DNA of 57,584 nucleotides, counting the filler, from Sphacelaria rigidula (taxonomy: Eukaryota), in assembly GCA_964200075.2 (NCBI GenBank). It is 7 parts of 7 records of this genome, joined end to end, with 100 filler letters (N's around TTAATTAATTAA, not from the genome) between each part and the next. Parts side by side here need not be neighbours in the genome. Positions count along the whole stretch, not along the records: positions 32,965 to 41,104 come from CAXNAA020012146.1; positions 41,205 to 49,344 come from CAXNAA020012147.1; positions 49,445 to 57,584 come from CAXNAA020012148.1; 4 more parts are not named here. One strand, written 5' to 3'. The stretch's first letter is position 1; each line of letters starts with the position of its first letter. The notes beneath the pieces are model-generated. The model worked only from the letters and a program-made list of their open reading frames with translations, made no database searches and was not told the origin of the DNA. This document shows, piece by piece, positions 37,608 to 50,593 of the stretch. A program made the translations under genes and the position numbers.

Positions 37608-38153
37608 TGTTATGGATCGCGGCATACATGGAGGAAGGGCAGTACAATGATGGGCCCATCTAATCTGATGGAAAAGTCCCGGAGGGCTGACTGCGGGAAC
37701 TGGCAATGTGCCGCAGTCAGGGGGGAGGATGTTTGAGCCCGTACGCAGACGGTTACATAAACATGCCTCTGTACATCCGGCTTGAACTCGGTTCTTTCAG
37801 AATCGGTGAAAGCCGGCCCCCTGGTTTTACTCCTATGGAAGGGAACGAAGTGGCCTGAGACATGAGATTCAAAACCACCAGTGCAAAAGAGAAATACCAT
37901 CGCCTGAAGCTGGGATCAAGATACCCTGACATTCAGGATGAGCTGTTCCTCGTTAAACTGATCATCCCTTGTGCTGGAAAACTGTTTTGCCCTGCGATAA
38001 ATGGTGAGCGAGTACGTACAAATAATTGCATACTGTATTGCACATGGATGAATATCCCGCATGTTTGTTTGAAGCAGGAAATTTCACTTCATTCCCCGTC
38101 TTGAGAAGATCCGTCATCACAGTGCTTGAGCAGCGATCATGGTAACCACAACA
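37608..38153 (+). mobile_element. Putative 3' LTR of an LTR retroelement, preceded by a polypurine tract
   Basis: gaggggggg directly precedes TGTTATGG. The segment ends CCACAACA (8-bp inverted termini, one mismatch). Confidence 0.6.
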
Positions 38154-39069
38154 ATTGAGATAGTAGTAAAAACGAACTAGTGATACGGACAAGCCAGAGA
38201 GGTACCACACTATATTTTGTCCGTATCATGGCGCTTCTGCAACCGGGACTATTGTGTCGACTGTTGTCATCTGCGACGTATTGATTGCCCCTCTTGCGAT
38301 TTTCCGAAATGCGTTTTTTCAAGGAAGCATCAGCCACGATGATGATGTTTCGGTCCCCATATATGAAAAATCTTTGTTCACCTCAAACGATAACCCCGCA
38401 TGTGATGATGAATTTTGCTGGCTGAGAGTATGAAATAGAACGAACTGGTTCTCGGTCAATCCCGTATGTCCTTGAAGTCGCTGCATGCTGTGTTTATCCT
38501 ACGCCACTGAAGATGCGTGTCCACGGCGGTGGCGCAGCGGTTATTGCTAAAACAACTGAGATTGATGTTAGAGCTGTAGCCATAATCGCCCTGCCTTATA
38601 TGTGTATTTTACAGTATAACGGGTATTTGAAGTACAATTGCCCGCCGTCAGTAGCCACGCCCCAGGGTGGATATAACAACATAGGCTGCAACATGTTGAC
38701 ATCGTCTCCGCACCGCGCTATGAAACGGCTCTAGGCTTACTGCACACAACGCGCAGGTATGGTTGTACACCGTCCTTTTGGAGTGAGATAAGACCCCCGG
38801 ATGCTAGCTTTGCATACCACACTGCGAGTGCCTGGGGTGTGTACCCCTCCCGCGCTAGTCAGCCGTTAACGGACACTGCATGTTATGTGCAGCCAATATA
38901 TATATACATATATATATATACTGTATACATTTCAGTTACAACGCGGATATTTGAATCCTATTTCGCCGCCTCTCTGGATACCACGTTTGGGCAAGTTTGA
39001 ATTCATGCGTTTTTTTAGAATTGGATGATGATGAACCAACTTCCAACCTTACTTATTGTCATGACAATC

Positions 39070-40570
39070 TATAACCTGTGGTGGGAAAGGAAATGATGGA
39101 CCATGCTGATAACATCGCGCTACCTGCTTGGATTGATTTCACGGCTTACTGGATACCGTGTGGATAAGGCTTGCTGCATGCTGCATCTGGGTAAGAGCCA
39201 ATCATGTGATGAACCGTAAATGCTGCCAAACGCTGGACTGTTTGTTCATGTAGCCCGCTATATATATATATATATATGTATATGCCGAAATGATGTCGAG
39301 CTCATTGCTGTTCGCGGGAGTCAAGCTACCGCATCCATGCAGCGCTCATCCTCGTCCACGTGAAACCGCCTTTTACGGCAGCTATGCACGACTACAACGT
39401 GTCTGTAGCAAGCGCACACATGTATACCTCTATCATGATCCAGAGATACCATTGCAATGTTGCCCGCTTGATTTGGAGCTTGCTGTGCACTGTTGAAAAA
39501 TCTGAGGTACTTTCCGCCTTGAATGTTCAAATCAAACTTTTGATGTACTCCTATTTACTGTCTGTTGCAGTTGAACTGGGGGTATAAAAGCAGGTCATCT
39601 GCTGTGTGCACCCCATCACCTGAAATAGCGTTATCACAACGTTTGCGCAGTGCATAAACCAAGCCGATACCCATCTTTCTGCAACCTGCATGATGTCATC
39701 AATCATTCTCCTGCTAATCAACTGATACTGGAATGCATGAGACCATAAATCGACTGAGTATGATGCTCGGGTTGCAGCGATGGTATTTAAAGTGCAATCC
39801 CCCGCCCCAAGTACTGTCATCGGTCTACTGCTATCCAAACTTGCTTGTGCCTTGACACGTTGTAACCGAGGGACACACCGCCACAGCCGATTGATTCATG
39901 ATTCACCCTGCACATAAGTTGTACTACGATACTTTTGCATATCGACGCGATACCCCCATTTCCCTGTAAGCTGATGTGGCGTGCTGTTTTTATATTAATG
40001 CTACCAGTTATCCCTCACCATCATCCTGCATCGATCGCGCCTTACTGTTCGATGGTATGTTACCTTGTGTCGCTCAAAAACTGACGGACTTGTGGCAAGT
40101 TTTCGCCCGATACACATTGCCAAATAAATCCTGAGTGTTTTCAGATTTTCTGCGTATTTCGTGCTAGCTGCCCTGCACACGCCTGTTCGCGAACTGATGT
40201 GTGGGATGTGTAACACCGAGTTGACACCTGATGATAAGCGACTGTACTGTGTTGTACTGTACTGTACTAATGCTGGATTTCGCTTTGCACAAACGTTTGC
40301 ACCGATGCTTGCGTACTTCCGTCAGTCGTCCTGCATTTGCTTGCCCTCAACGTGATATTTTAGCGGCATATACCAAACATGTCATGTTACTAGCTGGATA
40401 CTGTTGCTCCATAAAGGCCAAATCTTGTCGTGTAGACCTGAATGAGTAGGGTCACGGTGGATGCTAAGATTGCATGACTCTCTATACTGCTTTACTAAAT
40501 CTTTCCATGCAACAGCTGCTGTGTGCTTCCTGCTGTGTGATGCAGCTGAAAAGAGCAGTACAACACTATG
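39070..40570. repeat. Diverged direct duplicate of 33445-34760
   Basis: Same ordered blocks as 33445-34760, with different intervening insertions. Confidence 0.8.
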
Positions 40571-41693
40571 CTGTCTTCGCCCATCAAGCTTGTGTTTACT
40601 GTACTCGCCACACATGTGCCTGTACGCCGCCCTGTTGTTGCGAGTGTGAAGAGCTGTACGACGCCCTCTCGTTGTGAGTATTGACCATTTTGACCACGAG
40701 AGTAGGTCACCTGCTGAGTTGGCATCAGTATTCACTTGGAAAAAGATATGCATGACGCAGAGGGACTACCCGCACTGCAGTCTAGAATTCACGACGCCAT
40801 ACTGTGTTGCACTGTCTGAACTGCTGCTTACAGCCGCCGTATCCGTTGGGCACACAAGATTGTGTTCCTGCATTCACGTCTTTACTGTCGTAGTTTGCAC
40901 CGACAACTCTCCTGCTTCATGATTGCTCTGCACATGAATTCCAGCCAATTGTTCCGCAAGTGGAAATCGTGAGACTCCCGGTGACGGTAGAAACCGTCGA
41001 AGGTGGCCGATGATTTCCCTCGGGTTATGTAGTCAAGGATTGACCGTAAGTCGTGGGGTTGAGGCAAAGTGGATCACTCGGGAAAGCTCGACGAGCGCGA
41101 GCGANNNNNNNNNNNNNNNNNNNNNNNNNNNNNNNNNNNNNNNNNNNNTTAATTAATTAANNNNNNNNNNNNNNNNNNNNNNNNNNNNNNNNNNNNNNNN
41201 NNNNCACGAACACAAGAAGGCTGTTTGCTCGTCAATATCGAGCAGAGAGCTCATCGCCACAGGCGTGTGTGGTCTCCTGCCCTACGACAAGATGTTTTTT
41301 TACTACCCTGCTGTGGACTGCTATGAAGTGCGACGGACCGTTGTTCGTATACCCAGCATTTCGATTTGAAATTGGGTTTATCTTGGGTTGGTTCTGAAGG
41401 TGTTCGCGACCTGTACGCTCTTATTTGCATACCCCGCCTGCAAATAGGTCGAGCCAGTTTATACCGTGCTGCTTCCTTCCTTCTTTTTTTTCTAAAGGCC
41501 GCTGCTTCAGTCTTTTTACGTTTTTTACTTCCTTTTTCTTCTTTTCATATTTTAAGGGGGGGTGCTGCTCCTGACCACGGGCTGGATTTTTGCAATCAGC
41601 TAATGTGAGATAATCAATCAATCAAACCGTAAACATTATAGGTACAGCGATAGCGAATACGGGGCGGGTGTCCTCTACCAAGGGTTAGCAGCA

Positions 41694-42781
41694 GTGGTCA
41701 CTGCACAGGGGAATGATTACATATTTGTGAACCGGACAGCCTTTTCAGGGCGTGATGGAATTGTCAAACAGGTGAAACAGTATATGTTTGTCGTTGAGTA
41801 CCCGTCGAGTGCACCGGCATCTCTGCCGGAAATCAACGAACAGGTTACCGTGACACGATGGGTGGACGGCCGTAGTGGATGTTATGGGGCCGGTGTCGCC
41901 GACACCTGCCCGAGAGAGATATACTGTAAGTAGGTCGTTTCTATCTATTCTCTATTATCGTTTAACCTGCATGGCGAGACTCTTCCTATTCTTTCCATCT
42001 TCAACATCAAATTGCAACCACGTCTCATTCCCCACGAGAGCTCGGCAACGCAAGAATATCGCGACCCTCCAAGAAGACGGACGGGACCGGGGCAGTAGCC
42101 CCGATCCCGAACGGGTTCTACTATATGTACATGTATCATTTCGCGATTTTTACCACTTTTGCCAAGTGTTCTCTGGCTGTAAGGCATCTTAGCCCCCGCT
42201 TTCTTTTGCAGTGCACGAAGGAGGGTCAGCGGTACAATACAGTTCAGGTATGGGTGTCATCTGACACCTGTGGCGCGTGTTCTTGCCATCGAAAGTCGCC
42301 CACACTGGCTCTTTTTTGCGGGGTGTCGATCCCGAACCACAAAAGCCTTTCCAAGATCGTCGAAAACTTCAAACGAGAGCTACAAAAGCCCGCTCATGGC
42401 AAGGTATTTTTTCACCGTGATTTTCTTTGCGTTCTCGATGATTTGTTAACACGAAGACAGTGGTTATGCAGCGAATGTCACGAGAACATGAGAGCAACGC
42501 GGTTGAAAACAGCTGGACATTGCCTTGACTTCGTCAGCAGCAAACACAGGTCGAATGATCTGAGATCCCTCATCATTCAGCTTTGGCATGAAGCCTCCAA
42601 CACGGTCATATCTGCGTAATGTGCGCCCCAATTGTGCGAACGTAACAATCCACGAAAAAAGCATCGTGAAGAACACTGGAGAATGTGTAGATTGGTATTA
42701 GAGGAACGGGTCACAGTCACAGCTGCAGCAGGGGAAGTCACTGATGGCCCGGTGTGCATTGATACGGTGGATACCCACGGT
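41694..42781 (+). pseudogene. Decayed spliced gene with KOW-like and possible HNH-like segments
   Basis: Exon ending at a GTAAGT donor (~41926) encodes YIFVNRTAFSGRDGIVKQV. Exon after a ttttgcag acceptor (~42210) encodes WLCSECH...HCLDFV...I..*C...LC with an in-frame stop at 42617-42619. Motif resemblance only. Confidence 0.3.
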
Positions 42782-44063
42782 GCGTGGCATTTTGTTTTTT
42801 CAACCCCCTGCTGTCTGATGACGGCTAGATAGAGTGGGTACAGTGATAGTTGATCACGCAGGCTGCGATGGATCCTGCCGGCCTCATCATGAATCTTCGC
42901 CCAGTTATGGACGAACGCTCGAAGAAACCCAGTAAATGAGCATCGTTTATGGTCCGCTATGTATGTGAGGGTTGGGAGCTGAACATTTCCGCTTCAAAAT
43001 CTCGACAGTCGAAGATTGAGCTCCTCTCGCGCGACCAGTGGGTAGTGCTGCGGACCCTTGTCGGCGTACCTGGCACTGGGGACGACATCCCGGTACAGAC
43101 AGTCCCAACACTACCGAGACGGCCGTGCACAGGCCGGCAGCCGGTATGGCCGTTGCACTGGTGTTCTTCTAGCGTTAACAACTCAGAGTACGGCCGCACA
43201 GGCTTCGCACGCGAATATTTCGGTGATTGCCTCATTCCCACTTCGGCCATGTGCTGCGGATTATTTGATTATTTCACGATCTCACCGCCTGATATGTATG
43301 TATGGAAATGTATTACACCCTACACAAGAGCTTTCTACGGTATACAATTTAAAAACATGTACTGTGCACAGTATAATAGCTATTGCCTTCTGCGACGTGC
43401 ACAATACTCGCACAAAAGTGGGAACTGCGCGCAGTATGACTTCAAGACAGTGTAGAAATCTCCACACAATACAAATTGTTACAGCCGGCTTGCGCGCCAT
43501 AGCGGCTGTCTTACCATCCGCTCAAGATACAGGCAGGAATTATAGCGGCAGAGGCGGCCTATTACTCTTGCGTGCGCCACCTAGGGCAAGTGCACACTTA
43601 GCTGCAACACGACCGCTGTACGAGATGTGGCAGAGCGAGGGGTGGTACACCACGTACACACAAACAGCAAGCAATAGCATACATATATAGTGTATACAAG
43701 TGTGATTTGAAATACGTGGGCGCAGGGTCGGGCCGGCATTTAGAGAACCCTGCACAAGTTCGCCGTGTACTACCGGGACGCGACCTCATTTCAAAAGCAG
43801 TCACTTGCAATGTGTGCTGTGACGGGTCTCGTGCGTGATGATGTTTTTTCCACCTCCGCACACCACCCGTGAAGCGAGCTCTTCATGCTGGAAGTGTCCA
43901 CCGCTCTTCCCGCCACTCTTGGTCTAAGAAATTCGAAACTGCGAAATGTGACAGTACAAGTATCTACTGGAAGGTACATATTCTCCCACACATTTGCCTC
44001 CATATATGAAAAAAGAAAAAGACTGGTATATTTTCGACTTGCGTCACCCCCGGGAGGCCAGTA

Positions 44064-45139
44064 TCAATCTCCCGAAGGGAAACCTTGTATAATATATTAT
44101 ATATTAAGAAGCAGAGCAAACTATACAAACCCCGCAAAGCTCACCAGACTTTTCGGATTTTGCTCATGTTTATTGATCAATTTCTTGCAACAAAGTTAGC
44201 AGAAAAATATCCAGAAAATCGGGACGATTCGAGAAAATGCCCTCCGGCACCTGAGGATATCGGGACAGAGCGGGCAAGGAGCAGAAGCAAATATATGAAG
44301 CCCGCAAAGCCCACCAGACTGTTCGGTTCTTGTCAGTGTTTATTGATCAACTTCTTGCAACAAAATTAACGAAGAAAAATCCAAAAAATCGTCACAATTT
44401 TCGAAAAAGTGCCCTCCGGCATCTGAGGTCATCGGGACAGAGCGGGCAAGGAGCAGAAGCAACTAAATTAAGCTTACACATATAATTAAATAAATAAATT
44501 AGCTAATTAATTAAAGGTTGATTGAGGATGGATGGTTGGATGGTTGGATGGATGGATGGTTGGATTGTATTTTTTGGACAGAGGGGAAGACAATATACAA
44601 ACCCCGCAAAGCCCACCAGACTATCCGGGTTTCGTCAATCTTCATTGATCAATTTCTTGCAACAAAAGCTAACGAAAAATATCCAAAAAAACATGACAAT
44701 TTTTGAATAAATACCTTCTGGCATCAGAGGTCATCGGGACAGAGCGGGCAAGGAGCACAAGCAGATATACGGACCCCGCAAAGCCCATCAGATTTTTCGG
44801 TTCTTATCAGTGTTTATTGATCAATTTATTGTCACAAAATTAACAGAAAAAATCAAAATGGTGTTTTATGATCAATTTCTTGAAACAAAGTTGACAACGA
44901 AAGAAGAAAGAAAAGTCATGAAAAAATTCGGGAAAATGCTCTCCGGGGGGGGGGGGGGGGGCTACGTGTCCGAAAAATTTCTACGCGCTGCCAAACTTCT
45001 CGAATGATGCACAAACGGCCACAAAAAATCACGGTTAGCTGGCCCAGCTCGTACCCAACCCCGAGGCCGAATAGACATTGAGGGGTCGGGTGCACGGGTA
45101 GGCACCAAGGTGGGAGTGCGCCCCCACCTGTTTAGGTAG
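44064..45139 (+). mobile_element. Probable non-autonomous Helitron with internal ~170-bp tandem repeats
   Basis: 5' A|TC followed by an AT-rich tract. Four repeats with cccgcaaag at 44131, 44301, 44603 and 44775. A 3' hairpin aggtgggagtgcgcccccacct (45108-45129) sits 10 nt before a GTAG|T end (canonical CTRR|T). Confidence 0.55.
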
Positions 45140-46722
45140 TTTCGGACTTGAAACTATCTCTCGTCCTCAACTAGGTAGAGTCTTCCTCGCCGAGCAAACT
45201 TCCTTCAACACCCCCCAGCTCGACTCTGTATACGAGTCACCCTACTCATTCCGGGCGTCGGTCCTCAGGACAGGGAAAAGTGGTGGTATCCATGTTCTAG
45301 GCGTGAACTTTCCACTGTTGTTTTAGAACGAACGCGCCGTGATACTGCGCGGCATCAAGGTTTGGTATTTCCCATAGGGGAATCGCAAATTAAGACCTGG
45401 CATGAGGAGCAACTGTTTTCCGTCCTACCCATGTTCCCCCCACTTGTACGCTGTGCAACACAGATGGTGAGCTGTTGTCTGGGGCTGGCAATGCTCAAAT
45501 TGTAGGTGACGGGGTACCCCACAAGATGTAGCACCCTGGCAAGAAGTTCAACAGACTTTGCCTTTTCGGAAGTGCGGAAGCCACGCCGCTAAACATTGCA
45601 ACTTGAGCAAAGATGCTCCGATGCGAGGGGCCTTCAAGCATGAAGTCTTCGTGGCGGTGAAAATCGAGTTTGAGAGTAAAATATTGTCATTAGGAGGGTG
45701 TTATACACCGTCATCTACGGTAACATCCGCACGATGCATGTGTGTATCAAAGTCGAGACTAAATGCACGCATAATGTTGCAATCCGAAGAGCAGCGTTGA
45801 ATAAATCGGAAGGAAAGCGTCGCCGGGATGTGCTAAAAGCTCCCAATGGGATTTTCTATGCCACCATAAACTAGCGTAGGCTGCGCAGCTATGAGCAGGG
45901 GTGTGAGTTCACCTTCCCCTCAGGTCCTTGTACTGGTCAGATTTCGGACAAGACATGTTGCGTGCTTACTGAGTTTCACCTGACCCCTTGCATCTATAAG
46001 ATGCCATGATGCTTTATGGTTTATGATCTTGTTCAGTGTGCTGGCCATGCTTTACACGCGTCTTGGAGGTGGGCTCGTCCAGCGTGGCTTATCGATGCAC
46101 GAGGCCGTTGTGCTGGAATATGATCATTCTGTCGTCCAGGTTATATGAAGACAATGCTGATGCTGTACCGTGCAGTTGTACTACAGTATGCATGAACAGG
46201 TGACAAGTAGACATCGAGGTCGAAAAAAAGCGAGAAATACGCTGCAGAAGATGAAATACGCACCTATACAACAACAAATAGAATTTAATCCCAAATATTT
46301 CATCGTTATGCTCATTATCATCACGATCACTGCAATCTTTACCGCCACCACCACCACAAACCATCACCCTATCATCCCGAGATATGGCAAACGGGACTGG
46401 AACACTCGGGTATATAAGTTAACAAAACAGAAAAAGTGAATCTGCGAACAGTTTCACTTGGTTTCACCGCATGTTTCATTTTTTCGATCGCAAGCTGTAC
46501 GCAGGAGAACGCTGGAACACAACAACAGCTGTTTCGTGTCGAGTCCCTCACGACAGCCACAAACGACCGACGACAGGAAGATACCCGCCATCACCCGCCC
46601 CTCATCTCAATAAAAAGACGACGCACAACAGCTACGGCAGCAAAAAAAGAGTACACGAGCTGCGGGAAAAGGGTAAACTGACCTTTCTGGAGCTCGACTC
46701 CTTCAAACAATAAGACCACGAT

Positions 46723-47011
46723 ATGGCGTCGCTGTCACCAGCACCGGCGCCACCACAGTCGCGCTCGCCGCCGCCGGAAGTGAAAAAAATTCCGATCGCC
46801 ACCCCTGCACCAAGTGACAGCATGAATGGATCTTCGTCCTCAAAGCTGTGGCAGGAGAGCCTAGAGCGCGTGGGTACCGCTATTGTGGTGATCAGAGTGT
46901 GCAGCCCATCGGCTTTTGACGGAGACAGTCCGAGTTACTCGCACGCCACGGGATTCGTCGTGGATAAAAGCAGGGGCATTATCTTGACCAACAGACATGT
47001 CTTGACCCCAG
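46723..47011 (+). CDS. NMA111: First coding exon of an Nma111/DEG7-type (HtrA-family, PDZ-containing) trypsin-like serine protease
   Basis: WQESLERVGTAIVVIRVCSPSAFDGDSPSYSHATGFVVDKSRGIILTNRHVLTPG matches the conserved N-terminus (ATGFxVD..RGIILTNRHV, catalytic His) of fungal Nma111 and plant DEG7. Homology stops at a CCAG|GTACG donor (intron from 47012). No later exon was recognised in the segment. Confidence 0.88.
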
Positions 47012-50000
47012 GTACGCCGTTCTGCTTGCTGTGCTGTACTGCATTGTACCGCACCAGTTCTGCTGGTGTTGTCGTTTGATGGGAACATTGTTGAGTAATG
47101 GTGGACGTATGTAGCATGTATGGATGCGGCTCTTTCCTGGAATGAACTTATGGAGTATCTTGTGGTTTTCGGTTATGGAGATTTCGCCCCTGTCTTGTCT
47201 ACAGACTACACACGCAGGCACAGTTGACGGAACCAATTGCATTGCGCAAGCACATCTTTCATTTGTCGATTACTCCGCAATTCGTCAGCCCTTTGATCTG
47301 GAAGAGCGGGCCACTTCAAGTTTTTCCTTGCTCTTAGGACCTTTTGGGGCTTGCCTTCACGCACTACACACATGTTTCTGCAGATGGTGAATATTTCTAA
47401 ACATGTCCCAGTCGAAGGAGAAAATGTTGAACGCAGTAGGACAGCGCTGCGGGAGTCGCGGTGACCGTCAAACGTGTCACCCGAGGTACGAAAACGCTTT
47501 GGCTTCGTATGCGCGCATAAGGTTTAGCTTAACTTGGGTTTCTTGGGCTATAAATAAGTTTTTTTTCTTAAAGCTCAAGGCGAGCTTGATTGTTTTTGAC
47601 AAGCTTATAATGTGCTTGAAAAGAGCATAAAGTTGCGATGATTTTTTTATGCGCCTCCTCCAGCTATTTCAGCAGCTGACTGAAAGTGCCCCCTATGAGT
47701 TATTGCGTGACTCGTCACCCCTCACCAGGCTTCAATACTCCAAACTGCCATATTTGCGGATCTGATCCGGAAACGTTTCGCTGTAGATTTCATATACGTG
47801 ATACATATTGAATTGAAGAATATAATCGAGATTTTGTTTTTTTATACGTATTTCTTCAAAGGTGGTTTGGGGCGGCGTTCAAACTCAATGATCGAATAAA
47901 AGTTGAATTTTTCTATATAAAACATTTGTTTAAACCTCGAATACCCATACTGTCGCCCTCTCCTCGTGCTAGAAGGCTCGCCTCGTGGGGGGATACTGCC
48001 ACAACGCCACAACAAGGACGCACATTTTCGCTGAAAAAGGCCTCAAATGGGTCTCAAAACAAGGCGGCAAAGCATATATATACAAAAAACAAAAAATGAG
48101 CATGATTAAAAAAAAAGCGCATACAAAGCTAAAGCGTAGGCAGGAAAACGAAGCCGCAGTAGCACCCTGGTTGACGTTTAGATGTTTGGAAATCCGTTTT
48201 ATTGGTAATACTAAAAAAGAGACTCTGGTAGTTCCTCCGCATTTTTTGCCGTGTGGCGTGCACGCCACCGCGCAGAAGAGTGTAGCGTATGGCTGGGCAC
48301 AGCTAAGGTATCAGGTGAACCACTGTTGTGTCGAGCAGCTGGACATCCGCTGGTAAGAGAGATCAGCAGATGGGGAACGGAGCACCCTAGGTAAACGTGC
48401 ACACGACCGTGAAACGCAGCGTTTGTAACGCTGTACATTATCAACGATTTTCAGAAAATAACCAATCAGCTGTGCTCGCGGCGACGTGGGGATTAGCTGT
48501 GTGTTAATAGATTTCCGATCCGAGCCTTCCAGCGCGAGAGCGGATCAGGTGAGCAGCCAGGCAACGCGATGGAAATTGGGCTGCGGGAAGCCCGAACGCG
48601 GGGGATCTTCCTTCTAGCGCCATCTGGCTATATGTTGGGAAGGGGGGCTGTCAAAAGCGCTCGCGGTGGGAGCGAAGCCCCCGGCGTCGAGTGGCGGCAG
48701 CCGGTGAAGTGTAGGGTGTATTGAGTGTCCCGCTTGGGCGGCAAAAGCGAGTTGGGGGCTCTGCAAACGGCGATCGTGAGGGGTGGCGTTTTGGACTTCA
48801 GCGCTTTGCGGACCATTCTCCGTTTTTGAAGGTCAGTGCTTGTTCGGAAACGCACGTAAAGGGTGTACGGTTGGCTGCCTTGCTTGGTCGCGACCGCAGG
48901 CCGTCCACCCCACGACGGACACGTTGGCAACGCCCTTTCATCAGGTAGCAATCAAAATTATCCCAGTATGTCTAAAACATCAACCTGTCTGCCAGAGAGC
49001 ACAACAACACTGCTCACTGGTATTCCCAACTGGCCCAGACTTTTCGTGCCTTGCCCACGCACCACGACACGATATTTTCAGGCAGAATCCCCCCCCCTCT
49101 CGACACATACCATCCCACGTGTGGCATGCGGGCTCAATAGTACCGCCTGCCCACAGCGCGCTATGTTGTTCTCACATGTACTGCACCGCCAGGGGGCAAA
49201 CATCGTGCAGCTCTCCCCTCCCCCCCCTCATTCTACAAGCCACCAACAGTAGGTCCCGTCTACATAGACAGCAGGTCACGTACGACACTGTGTTGTTGTT
49301 GTGTTGTCGTCCCATTTATTCTGGGCACCAGTCTACACCTTTAGNNNNNNNNNNNNNNNNNNNNNNNNNNNNNNNNNNNNNNNNNNNNTTAATTAATTAA
49401 NNNNNNNNNNNNNNNNNNNNNNNNNNNNNNNNNNNNNNNNNNNNCTGCCTGTACTGTATACGTTTCCCCTTCCCTTTCGCACGCCCTACTTACTGTGCTG
49501 CAGCAGCTGCATGTGCGCGCAAATATTTGACGTGGAACGGGCGCGTGAAAAACTGGAGTTCGTGACGGTATAACACCCGCCCAATATATCAAAACAGGCT
49601 GCAGGCATCTATACATTGTATTTATAGCCAGCCATCTGCAGTACATGGCGCCGCACGTATAAGCACGGCGGTATAGCGCACTGTCTCGCATGCAACGGTA
49701 TTGTACAGTCCAGTATAGTTTGTTGTTGTGAATATACATCCTGATTACGCAGTATGCGATAAGATCGATGTTTCATTATCCCCTGTATATTGTGTTAGTT
49801 TCGTCGACGCGGGACTATGGGGTTTTCATCAGGTATATCCATATATTAGCGAGGTCAATTACGAGATGTCGACATGGCGTCAGCTGCAACAAAAGCTTGC
49901 GTGCAGTATACAGGACTTGAACAGCTGAAGCTGCTCGCGAGCAAGTTTTTTCTCCACCTAATTTCAGGTGTTCTTGGTGTACAAATTCCATCTGCGATAT

Positions 50001-50593
50001 ACAGTGTATATATAGGATTGTCTGTACAGGTGAAGCTCTTCGAAGTGAATCCTTTCTCAACTATATTCCAAGTTTGGAACTAGGATATCTTTCGAACAGC
50101 AGCGGCTGTGCAAATTTCAGATTTCCATTACACCTGTGCCTCTAAAAACAATTCGGGGGATTCCAGTGTTATTGACACGGAGCTTCGAGGGCCGCCCCAA
50201 AGTTCAGAAGTACAAAAAACTCGACCAATTCGCAACGAATGCCACGCGTAGCTCCGTGTGTAACCGACACGTGACATAATTGTGAAGTCGAGGGTTCGAC
50301 TCCGGTCCAGCCTGATCAGTTCTTTTTTCCGCCAGTACCTTACGCCCGCAGCTGCTTGTGAAGAGTAGTGTTCGTGCGTAAACACACTGCACAGCATTCC
50401 CAGCAGCGATGAACTATTCACGGGGCGACGGAACCCTGTGATGCACACTATTCATGACCACTGTAGGGAAACCCTGTGCAGCGTCCTGTGCTACGCTGGA
50501 AAACACTGTACAGTAAAATTCCCGCCAGAAACACTGCGCAGGGTACGTGAACCCTGTAGACCCCCTCCACAGGGTGCTATCTGTCCACGTGTG

